A stretch of DNA of 64,000 bases from Convolutriloba macropyga. Its lineage: Eukaryota. The notes beneath the pieces were generated by a model. The model made no database searches and was not told the origin of the DNA. It worked only from the letters and a program-made list of their open reading frames with translations. A program made the position numbers and the translations under genes. Location of the stretch: positions 19,964,001-20,028,000 of the forward strand of contig NC_134480.1 in NCBI RefSeq assembly GCF_964194025.1, read 5' to 3'. Positions 52,518 to 63,598 of the stretch are shown piece by piece (the first letter of the stretch is position 1; each line of letters starts with the position of its first letter).

Positions 52518-53005
52518 CTTAAATAGATAGATCGCCAATGAGGGAATCCCCCTCTCACCGAGGAAAAAAACCATGTAAAACATATTTTTACGTCCCTGTA
52601 CTGATAGATTGAGAAGAAGGCTGGTCCAACCTTAAAACCTTAAAAAAAGTCATTATTAAGGCTATAAAGCCCATCAGTTTCATTAAACATATTTATTGAA
52701 ACAAAGACTTCCTTAACGGGATACGCGGGGGAGATTTCGAGTTTTTTGCATCCAAAAAAGTTCATTTGTACCACTTTTACTATCATTTAAATTAATTTAA
52801 TCAAAAGCAGACACTTGTATGATAGTTAGACAGCCAAAAAAATCGGAATACTTAAGCTTTATCAAATCAGCATGTTTAATCATTGAGAGCGAAATTGCTA
52901 ATATTCTGCGATCACCGTCGGCTAAACGACCACAGATTAAATTAACTAATTCGGAGAGTCCAAAAATGCAATTTCAGGCAGTCTAAATTATCGCATCAAA
53001 GATAC

Positions 53006-53353
53006 TGGCGCAAAGTACAGAAAAGATCCATAGGGGCATTCTTGAAATCTTTCGCCGATTTTGACTTCTTAGCTGCGTTTCTTCTTTTGATACACTGCAC
53101 ACAGCAAACAATAAAGCAAACCAAAATGATGGCAAGCACAGTACAAGCAATAATAAATAGTGCAGACTTTGCGCCCATTTTCGACCTCAACCGGCTTCCA
53201 ACCCACTTTGAGCTTTGACTTGGCGAGGCGTGTTCGCACCACCTGCCAATGTAGCCCTTTGGGCACTCACAATTGGGGTTATCAGGGTCGTTGACCGGAC
53301 ATTTACCCCCGTGTTCGCACAGAGAGTCGTGACAAGTTGTCTCATCGTATTTT
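53006..53353 (-). CDS. EGF gene A: second EGF domain, transmembrane helix and basic juxtamembrane segment
   Basis: Acceptor tttgtag|A in phase. CHDSLCEHGGKCPVNDPDNPNCECPKGYIGRWCEH...ALFIIACTVLAIILVCFIVCCVQCIKRR. The 3' boundary is uncertain: weak donor CA|GTATCT, or read on to the stop at 52996. Confidence 0.8.
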
Positions 53354-53724
53354 CTACAAAATATTTTGGAGTTAAGCCCAGGACATTATCCGTCAAACTT
53401 ATTACCCAGTTTCTGTGCAAGGGCATATATTTTACAATAGGTGACATGGCGTGCCAGAGGGAGGGGATATTAACGGAACTCTACAAAGTGTCAATCCGGT
53501 TTCTCAATAACGAAATGAGTACCAAAACTTCATTTACAACTCTCATGTTGGCATTTTATGTCAGCCGATTGAAAGCCGAAAAATGAAAATTGGTATGCTT
53601 TCAAAGTTTGCGCCAATGGAAAAACAAGGAGGCCATTTCAAAAAGTAAACTCTAAGAAAAAATAAAGTAACGATTGTAAGTGAAACATGAGTTTAAACAT
53701 GTCAATCATACAGCAGTGACTAAC

Positions 53725-53851
53725 TTGCAATTGGGCTGTTGGTAATTTTCATCGTCCACCCAACCCCTTTCACACTGACACGCATACGCAAACCCATTCC
53801 CCAAATCACTGCATTCACCTTTCTCTCCACAGGGTTCGTCAGAACACGGAT
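53725..53851 (-). CDS. EGF-like domain exon of a single-pass membrane protein (EGF gene A)
   Basis: Acceptor tacag|AT. PCSDEPCGEKGECSDLGNGFAYACQCERGWVDDENYQQPNCK has six EGF cysteines. Donor AA|GTTAGT, phase 2. Confidence 0.85.
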
Positions 53852-55789
53852 CTGTATCTTATTTGGCAAGGCTCACTTCTTAATTTTTTCTTCAAAATTA
53901 CACAAATGTGGCTGATCTAATCACTAAGTAAAAGTAATACCTGCTTTTGCATTCATAACGCTCTATGTCTATGACATAGATGACATAGAAGGTTAAACCC
54001 TAATTATCGTTTGTTAGATTCGTTCAGGGCACTTTTTTGTGAATTAAAGTAATGAAGTGCCACAGAATAGCGCAATTTAACTTCAAGCAATATCTATAAT
54101 AAAAATTTATCTGGATCTCAAATCTGCTTCACTTATAAACTAAGATTTGCCAGTCGCCGAATTTTCACACCGCAAATATGAGAAAATAGCAACTTCCTAA
54201 AACTTAAAAATCGTGATAAATTAAACAAACCGACAAACGTTGAACGAATTGCTTTCGAACGACTGACGATGCAAACAAAGAAACAAGCATAGGCTACAGC
54301 AATTTTTACGACGCAAAATTTTGACTGTTCAGGGATTCGACCTCTCGGATGAGAGCCTATGTACGGTCATCGATTACAATCGGCTTTAGGTTTGATATTA
54401 GCAACAGACTTAACGTCAGAAGAAAGTTCTAGAAGAAAACGATAAAGCAAAAACTTTGCACACGACAAGTTAACAACAATTGCTTCAAACAAGTTAACAA
54501 CATTTGCTTCAAACTTCATCGAGAGCAATTATGGAGACTTTAATCATAGAAAACAAGTCTGGTCAATTTGGTGGAAAGTTGTCATCACGATAAAAATAGT
54601 CCAGTATAAAAAGTTACCAAGAAGCACAACCGCATTGAAGTAGAGGCTACTATGATTTCAGCAGAAATAAATCAAACGAGAGATGCTTCCTTACTGTAAG
54701 TTTGGTACTCTTGATACTCTCGGCTATCACGTACTCTCAGAGCAAGCAAAGGAGTATACTCAAAAAATTATCAAAAATTTACATGAAAACTCATAAAACT
54801 AAAATATAAGATTCAATCTTTGTTCGAGAGCAGCTAATCAAAAATTACATACATTAAAACACTCAAAACTTTGTTCAGAAATCGTATTTCGTCACTGATG
54901 AGTTCTTTAAACGACAAATCCTGTTCTACAAAAACGAAAAAAAACCGGCCTTGTTCCAGTGGCGTTTGTTTGAGCAATCCGATTAGTGCTCTTGAAAAAT
55001 TTTTGTCTACAAACGATTGAATTTAGTGATTTTGATATTGTTTCAAATCCATTTGGACTAAAACTCAAATAAACTAGAAGAAAGAGCCCTTCTGGGCCTA
55101 AGTTTGAAACGCCGTAAGTTCCCTTCTTTTGTACAAAATAAAAACCTTATTAAATTCCATACATCCTGAATTGTAAATCGCTCTAAGCGTTTTACGATTT
55201 CACCATAATGATTTTACTATAATGATTTCCCCATTACTTTCGCACACTCAAACCGAGTTTACTTTTTTTCATGCCGAACTGTTGGATAGTAAAATCGACA
55301 AGATTTGAAAAAATTAAAAATTCGCATAAACAAATTTGAATTCGAAACAACCAGCTGCTCCTCTTTTGTAAAAACCAGCATCAGTAAAATTCAAAAAAGT
55401 CATCTATTCTGCTCCCATTCAGAGGGCTTAACACCTTCACGCCCCGCCTCCGACGGGTACTTGTTATTTATTTTGATAGTAGCGAGCTGTATAACAAAAT
55501 TTGTTAGTGGGCGTCAAAAAACACAGTGTGAACAGAATAGATCCAACTTGTCCGTCCTTAATTGGCTAGAAGAGAGCCCTTTATCAGATTTCTCATCTGT
55601 CGAAACTCGTTCACTCTCTGAAGCAGTACACATCACTGCACTAAGACAAATACTTCCAAAACGAACAAAATTGAATTTTAGCATTTTTTAACTTTTTGTT
55701 GCTTTTTGCTTCTTGGTTGAAAAAGATTGCAACATTCAAAGTCATAAGTCAATACATTCTTTCCCTTAATGGATGGTCAATACTGAATA

Positions 55790-56126
55790 GTACCGCACGG
55801 TTGTTATCGCCACCGAGAAGTTATCAAACTCCGTGGCGAAGCCGAGGTGTTATGATAACTTCGAGGGCGACAACAACCGTGTGATAATTTTTCTAATCAA
55901 CACCTGTTGCAATCATGTTTTTTTAGACCACAAGTTTATCAAACTGTTTCCATCATTAGACTACGAGTTTATCACCACTCTTTTATCGCCACTGCTTACT
56001 TGGTAACGTGGCAATAAAAGACTGTGATAAACTCGTAGTCTAAAGCTGAAATGTTTTTCCGATCGGGCATTAAAATTTATTACGCCAGCAGTTTATTTAA
56101 CTGCTATCATCGCAACAGGTGTTGAG
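55790..56126. repeat. Multi-hairpin palindromic element; reverse-oriented relative near 58408-58482
   Basis: CACGGTTGTTATCGCC/GGCGACAACAACCGTG hairpin, CAACACCTGTTGC/GCAACAGGTGTTG arms, and an inner hairpin at 55956-56043. Confidence 0.65.
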
Positions 56127-57964
56127 TAAATTCGTTCAATTGATGTTGATGAAATAGAACTACTTTTGCATGTACTAACTGATTACTATACGGGGCCGAG
56201 TTGAGGCCAGGCACAGCCGAGTTGAAACGAAATCTGGCACTAATCAATGAATCAGTTCATATTGTTAAAGAGCACCAATATAAATAGGCGAAGCGGAGTG
56301 ACTTCTTGAATGCCAAATTTTACATTGTAAACTGCCCGTTTTTGAAGTCGATATAATTTAGGCCCTTTCTTCTGATTTTGAGGGTCGTTTTTCTTTCGCC
56401 GTCCAGATAGAAAATGAAAACTGTTCAACTTGATGATGCCTCCAGTAATTTAAACAAAATTTTGCATTGTGAATTCAACTTTTCGAATAAGTTGAACAGA
56501 TCTCAGGTGAGACTCAAATTACTCTTGATTACGCACAACTTGACAAATTCTATCTGGGTTTTATCACTAAGTAACTTGCCAGTTTATCCAAATTTAGATC
56601 AAATAACATTCTGATGACGATGCGTCAATGGATATGAAAATCAAAAAGAAATGCGGCAAAAAATATGTCGACCAATCATTACCAAACAAAAAATATGTTG
56701 ACCAATTACTTGAAAAACGTCCTGTCTACTATGTAAAATTACAAATTGTGCGTTTATTTTTGTCAATGAGTCTATGCGTAACCAAAACCTCACACCCGGA
56801 ACTTAAACAAAGCACTCAAAGCAAGGCGAATTCAAATGCCTATTTTTAAAATCAAGGGTGAAAAATAACAGGGTGAGCAACTTGTAAGCTAAAAAGATAG
56901 TGAAAAGAAGAATATTTGCATATGAACAAAATAGTTTAGATTCCGGTTTTCGGCAATTCCCTAAAGGCCACTTAAGACTTCAAAATACCATTGGAGTATT
57001 GCTTTCGTTCTTTAGTAAGCACTGTACTCTGTCAAAAATGTGACATTAAAAAATTTCTGCCGGTTAAACTAATTGTGGCATCACAAAAAAAACCAATTCA
57101 GATTTGCCTTATATAATTTTGGGTTTTCTATAGTTTCTATATAATGGAATGTTAAAAAACACTTGATTGACACTGAATGTGACGTCATCAAACTAATAAT
57201 ACAGCTGTCTATTGCGTGAACTGTCCAATAATATTGGCTATCACGTAAACTGTCCGATAATAGGCAGTTTCGTAGGACAGGTGGCATATTTTTCATTATC
57301 AATGAATCGGATTGTTCGAAGAACATCCATATTAGCGCATTCAAAAACATGCACAAATTAAAGCACATTAGACTACTTTCAAGAATCATTGTTGATGGTT
57401 TCATTCGGCCCACGGCCTGTTTCAATCCATTAATTACTCGATACGTCGAAAAGCGGTAATCTAGTATACTTATTAAGAAGTCATCTTATTAGAGATCTAA
57501 ATATATGTTAGAACAAAATCTTAGTCACCCGAGGGACTTAGTGCCCCGAAACGAGTGCTGGGCACCGAGACCCAAGGGGCACTAAGATTTTCCTCTAACG
57601 TCTTTAGAAAACCAAGGGTACGAAAAAGTTTGAAATTGAAGTTAGGGGTACAATTTTGCAGATTAATGAAAGTAAAGTCTTCGTCTTAAAAATAAACACG
57701 AGTTGAAATAAACCAAACGTCTCCGTCTCCCGTAGCGAATCAGTCAATTATTTACAGCCGTTTGATTCAAGTGTCGAAAGTTAAATTTCTTAGTTTTAAA
57801 GACTGAACTTGAAAGAAGTGAATTACCAATCTTTCGAACTAAGCTCTCTGCCTTGAAATTTTGCAACTGGGTCACAGAAATGCACGACTGAGCAAATCCA
57901 CAGACTAAGCAAGCCAAACAGCAAGAGGACTGACTAATTATCTAATTTCACACAAGCTGCTAAA

Positions 57965-58094
57965 ACCGAGACATCTATTACGAAGTCATCCAGATTTTAA
58001 AAACTTCTATTACGACATCTATTACGAAGTCTATTACCGAGACATCTATTACGACCGAGACATCTATTACGAAGTCATCCAGATTTTAAAAACT
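57965..58094. repeat. 42-bp duplication separated by a patchwork of its own fragments
   Basis: ACCGAGACATCTATTACGAAGTCATCCAGATTTTAAAAACTT occurs twice, with CTATTAC-containing snippets between the copies. Confidence 0.85.
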
Positions 58095-59696
58095 TTCGAA
58101 GTGTGTGTTTTGAAAGTTACGTGACCGTTGAAGTGAATTCGCAATTCTCTCAGATATTCGGAACCTGTACTTGAATCACGCACTATTTCATCGTTAAGTT
58201 TGCATGAAACACTTTTGTGCCTAACTTACACGTGAGTGCGTCAAGAATAACTTAACGATGAAAAAAATGTTGGCAACCGATGAATCCAAGGAAAAACAAA
58301 ACCAGTGACGCAACTCTGCTTCGAGATTAAAATAGTTTTTCCGCCGCTTTCCTCGCAACTGCTGCTGTGAATTATTCTTATTAATGAAGTGGCGTAACTA
58401 ATACACATAGTTGTTATCGCCCTCTCAAAGTTAATCAACAGCTCGGCGCAGAGTTTGATAATTTCTCGATGGCGATAACAATTTTAAAACAGCTAAACCA
58501 TACAGAAGCAAGTTTTATGATACTCTACGCAGCTAGAACAATGATTTCGTCCTCCAAAAATTAACCCTGCCGAAAGATTAAACAGTTTAAAAAACAAACA
58601 TAAAGGACTAACATTGGTGGCTTGCTCTGGAACGACCGGCGAGCGGTTAGACTCTGTAGTGGCCAGCTGGTGATTAATTAGTGGCATTGTGGGCTTATAT
58701 GCTGCTCATGCCCCCAGTATTTACCTGTTTATCCCATTTTTGAGGACCACAAATCGGTCAGGCAAAAAATCGCATCAAAAAATTGATCAAGCAAAAAATC
58801 GCATCGAAAAGACCACATGATTAAAAAAATTGATACAAAAAAATTGAGAACAATTCGTTTGAGAGCAATTAAAAATTCTGAGTGCCCGTACTTTATTGAT
58901 TTATTCCGTATCACTTTAGTTCGCTTTTAGCGTGAACGTACTTGAACGTATTTGCACGCGGCCCGAGGGGGAGTAAGATTGGATGCTCACGTATTTAGAG
59001 AACCAAGAGTACCAAAGTGTTCAAATTCATTAAAAATTGAAGTTAGAGTATAGTATTGCAATTAATGAACGGAAAATTTTCTTAAAAGTATACAGGAGTT
59101 GAAATAAGCTAGTCTCTGCGTCTCCAATAGCGAAGCAGCCGGTGATTTATAGTGGTTTGATTCAAGTGTCAAAAGTTAGATTTCTAACTAAACCTAATGT
59201 TTCCGTCCCAAACTAAGAGACTGAATTAGGACACTAAGTTTAGGGAAAAAATTTAGACTTTCACTTCTTTAAGTATTAGTTCAAGCTAAGCTCTCTGCTT
59301 CAAAGTCTTAGCGACCATTAAATCGTAGAAGTCCCGAGGAAGCTACGATTTACGTTCTAACTTACTCAGACCCAAATCGTGAAAACACATCAAGTTCCAC
59401 GACCAGTATTTGAAATTTAGAGGACATTTATATGCTCTTTCGGGTGAAACCTTGCATGCAATTTCTGTTTTTCCGATCATTCATCCTTAAACCCTAATAT
59501 GGAATATTTATAGTACAACGGGGCTATAAATTATACGACCACTTAGCTCAGGGGTCACTACATTGAGTGGAAAAACCCATTTTCTTCTAAGTTACGGCCA
59601 AACATTTTGAAAATAACCGGCTAACGTTGGATGAATTGCTCTCGCATGACAGGTGCGGGGGTCAATTTAAATTAGGGGTGTAGCTTAGGATAGATA

Positions 59697-59758
59697 GAGG
59701 TTGGACCCCGCGACCTCCCGGATAGCAGGCAACAACTTAACCACTAAGCCACAACTGC
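59697..59758 (-). other. tRNA-derived SINE head or tRNA pseudogene remnant
   Basis: Minus strand has an A-box TGGCTTAGTGG and a degenerate B-box GGGTCCAACC at tRNA-like spacing; no full cloverleaf. Confidence 0.4.
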
Positions 59759-59787
59759 GTTGTTACTTAACCGCTAACAATCATATT

Positions 59788-59943
59788 GGATCTATTCTGT
59801 TTCCCCCCTTGTTTTCTACGCCCCCCGTTACAAATTATATGTTGCTATATAGCAAGTCACAATTTAAGAAAATAGCACGTTCGCCAGGGGGCGTAAAAAA
59901 ATAAGCCCCCTAAGCTGGGGGGGGGTCAAACCAGAATAGATCC
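59788..59943. mobile_element. MITE with GGATC termini and 8-bp TSD ATCATATT
   Basis: TIR GGATCTATTCTG/CAGAATAGATCC; ATCATATT at 59780-59787 and 59944-59951. Confidence 0.8.
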
Positions 59944-61590
59944 ATCATATTTATATTAGCAACAAACTTCATTTCAAAAAGAGCAATTGAAATCACTAAA
60001 AATGGAGAAGTGAAGCGTGGAAGAGTTATTTGAGAAGTCAGAATGTTCTAGAGCAAAAGCGCAAAAATGGTGAAGCAAAAACTATGCATAAACAAGACCA
60101 AAACGTTTACAATAATTGCTTCAAACATCTCGTTCGAGAGCAATTAAAAACGAAATATTCCATGGATGCGGGGTTTTATAAAGCAAGAGCTACGTCACAG
60201 GCATATTACCAAATAATTCAAGATTGATCTTCTAAATTGGGCCGGCCTTCAGCTTTTTGCACCTGAATTTTATTACCTTGGGCGCTGTAAGCACGCTCTG
60301 TGATTTTTACATTTGTTAAAATAGCAGTATTTAGAGAAAAATTAATTGCCATTGCCAGCAATTACTTCAACAAAGATAACAGTTCCTAATATTTCAAATG
60401 CTCTTTCTGTTATAGCCCCCATGTCCATTTGCACCCCCTTAAAACTATTATATACTATATTCCTTGCATTTCATGCACTCACAAATACACTTAGGACATA
60501 CTGCTTTTACAATATAACGATACAAAGAAAATTTGAAATAGGATCATTTACGGTCATCACATTTTGCCATATACAAGCAAAATAAAATTTCGTAATTTGA
60601 TCATTCTGGTGCTTATCTTCATGCAAACTTCCACTTAAAACCATTATATATATACTTTGCATTTCATGCACACACAAAGACTCACGCTGCGGGGGGTGTG
60701 GTTCGTCAACTTCTTCTAAGAACCGCACTTCACACCAGCCTCAAAAACATTAAGTAGAAGTCTCCTAAACAGTTTCTGTGGATCGCATACTTGGAGACTA
60801 ATGAGCTGAAAGGCAACAGAGAAATAAATAAGAGGAATAAATGCCTGCTGGACGCTACTTGTTCATCCCGTTTTTGAGGACAAGTCAAATGGGTCAGACG
60901 AAGAATCCGTCAAGCAAAAAATTGCGAAAAAAAGACCAACCGGACTAATATGATTGCTACAAACTTCGTTTGAGAGCAAATGATACAGAGAAAATTTGAA
61001 ATTAACTCTTATACGCTCATTACTTTTCGCCATATAATATAAGTACAAAAATAATACTGCAAAAATTATTTCGCTTTAACCATTAATTCTGACAAATTAC
61101 CGTGAACAAGTATTTCTGCCTGTAAACGGAAATTATTTTTGGGGGAGCAAACATATTGTTTATATAGGACTGGGGCAATAACAGAAGAGCCAGATATGGA
61201 ATATTACGCAATATAATTGTAAAACTGAAGTAATATTCAGTATTAACGCGGTTTTGCCCGTAGAACAGCTTCATAAATAAATGCAAAAAATAGCTGTTTA
61301 TCGGAAACGGCTCGACGACTCGTCTAATAAAGCTCTAGAATTATCAAAAACAGACAAAGCAATATATAGTTAGAAACAAGCAATTGTGTTAGTTAGGAAT
61401 GTGGATAGTTGTGTGTAGGGGTAGGTACGTAGGTAGGTGGGGGGGGGGGGGCTCGATAGTTGGGAGGCGGAGGTTTATATAGGTGGGGTTGTATAATTGG
61501 GGTTCTTAGGGAAGGTAGTTGACGGGGGGGGGGGGTAGGTGCGGGGTTATGTACTTGTAGGGGTTCGTAGGGGGGGTTAGTTGGGGGCGG

Positions 61591-62098
61591 GGTATCATTG
61601 TACCACGAGGAGTATAAAATAAGGTATCACTGTACGACAAGGTATACAAATTGGTATCATTGGACCATCAGGACGATAAATTAGGGTATTCTTATACCAC
61701 GAGAATAATATATTAAGTTATCATAGTACCACGTGAGCCCTAAATTAAGGACTCATTGTACCAAGAGGACAACAGATTAAGGTATTAGTGTGTCACTGAG
61801 ACTATAATAAAGTCTATAAAGACTATAAGGTATCGGCGCACCATCAGGACTATAATTTAAGGTATCAAAGTTCTCAGAGGAAAAAAATAAAGGTATCATT
61901 GTACCATGAGGACTAAAAACCCCGGTATCTTTGTACTTTAAGGACGATATGACTATACCACGAGGACTATAAATTAGGTTATCCTTGTACCGCGAGCACT
62001 AACTTAAGGTACAATTGTACCACGAGGGCTTAAATTAAAATATTATTGTACCAGTAGGATTTTATATTAGGCCATACTTGAACCACGAGGACTATAAC
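61591..62098. repeat. ~32-bp minisatellite (GGTATCATTGTACCACGAGGACTATAAATTAA); second block at about 62436-62578
   Basis: Units start at 61591, 61623, 61653, 61685, 61717, 61749, 61781 and onward. Confidence 0.8.
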
Positions 62099-62890
62099 GA
62101 GTCAGGATAATAAATTAAGTGTAGCTGTTTCTAAGGTCTGAGAACTAACATACAAGCACGTACCAGTTTGTAAATTCCAAAAGTGTGCAGTGCTAAATTT
62201 ACAACGCCAAAATTTTGATATACAATGCAGCAAATAAAAGTAGCAAGCGGGTACAAAATGGCCGCCTGACTACAAAAAACTTCAAAAAGCGCGACTTTCG
62301 AAACCATGGATTACTTGATTAAAACAAACTTACGCCGGGTAAATTACTCTCGAACGACTGGCGTGACAATTTAATCCCTTGTCCAGAGAGGGATTCGAGT
62401 AACTGTAAGTATAAGAAATGACCGCAATTAAATAACCGTGAGGACTATATGTTAAGGTATCATGGTACCACACGGAGTCGTATTTAGGCATTATTGTACC
62501 ACGGGGACTATAAATGAAGGCATCATTGTACCAGGAGGACTATAGATTAAGGCAGCCTTGTATCACGAAGACTATAACGAGTCAGTATTATAACTTAAGA
62601 TAGCTGTTTCTGATGTCTGAGAACTAACATACAAGCACGTACCAGTGTGTAAATCCCAAAAGTGGGCAGTGCTAAGTTTACAACGCCACAAGCGCGTAGA
62701 TTAAGTGCTTAAAATGGTTGCCTCACTCAACAAAAAAACTTCATTATGCGCGACTTTCGAAACCATTGATTGCTTGATTAAAAAATAACCTTACGCCGGA
62801 GAAATTACTCTCGAACGACTGGCGTGACAATTTAAAACTCTGTCTAGACACGGATGCATGTAAGGGTAAATATAGGAATTGACGGCATTT
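62084..62890. repeat. Tandem duplication with ~480-bp period
   Basis: CACGA.GACTATAACGAGTCAG...GAGAACTAACATACAAGCACGTACCAGT...AAATTACTCTCGAACGACTGGCGTGACAATTTAA starts at 62084 and 62564. Confidence 0.85.
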
Positions 62891-63178
62891 TCAACAAATT
62901 AGAAATAACTCACATTCAATCAAATTTCAAACATTTGTAAGATTGTTACTTAAATATGTGTAAGTAATTTTATACAACCGTAATGGTAAATATAGGATAT
63001 TGAACGCAATTTGAACAAATGTTTGAAATTCTAAACGAATCTGGGTTATTTCTAATTTGTTTAATCTGCGTTCAATTCCTATATTTACCATTCATGATTT
63101 GTACCCGCAGCATCCACTAGATTAGGATACCAAGCCCTTGTTTTATCCTACCATACAATCGCTAGCAAGAGAATTAAA

Positions 63179-63598
63179 CACCACCGACTAACGTCGGCGA
63201 ATTGCTCTCAAACCACCGGCGAGCGGTTGGCTTCGTCAGTAGCTAGGCACAGTTTAGTGAGGCCAGCTTTAGCTTAATTGAAGGGACGTAAGTAAGCGCT
63301 GCGGGTGGGTGCACCGGAGGGCTGATGGCGTGACAACAGTGCGGGGGGGTCAATCTCTTAGAACCGCCCTTCGCATCATAAGTATAAGTCTCCAAAACAG
63401 ATTCTGTGAATCGCATACTTGAAGAACAGTGAGCTAAAAGGCTCTAAGAGCACTTAATACAAACTGGGCGCTACCTCTTCATCCCGTTTCTGAAGACGAA
63501 AGTCAAATGGTTCAGACAAAAAATCGGCCAAGCGAAACATTGCATAAAGGAGACAAACAGGATTAATATAATTGCTACAAATTGCTCTTGAGAGCAAT
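63179..63598 (-). mobile_element. HINE family C, best-preserved copy. Other copies or ends near 5040, 6538, 10375, 16005, 19035, 44474, 47830, 48405, 54227, 58600, 59612 and 60980
   Basis: Hairpin CCGAC-taac-GTCGG followed by subTIR AATTGCTCTC; the far end is AATTGCT...GAGAGCAAT|aa. Confidence 0.75.

Noticed and set aside
54322-54388. tRNA gene on the minus strand (GGTCGAATCCC B-box-like)
   Set aside because: No intact cloverleaf or A-box; at most a decayed SINE head inside a family C element.
55305-55691. 128-aa plus-strand ORF, or minus-strand leader exon of EGF gene A
   Set aside because: Non-ATG start on +, no motif, and the minus frames are interrupted by stops.
61591-62578. 32-bp palindromic repeats resembling a CRISPR array
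   Set aside because: Units are head-to-tail with no unique spacers and are degenerate. There are no cas genes and the context is eukaryotic.
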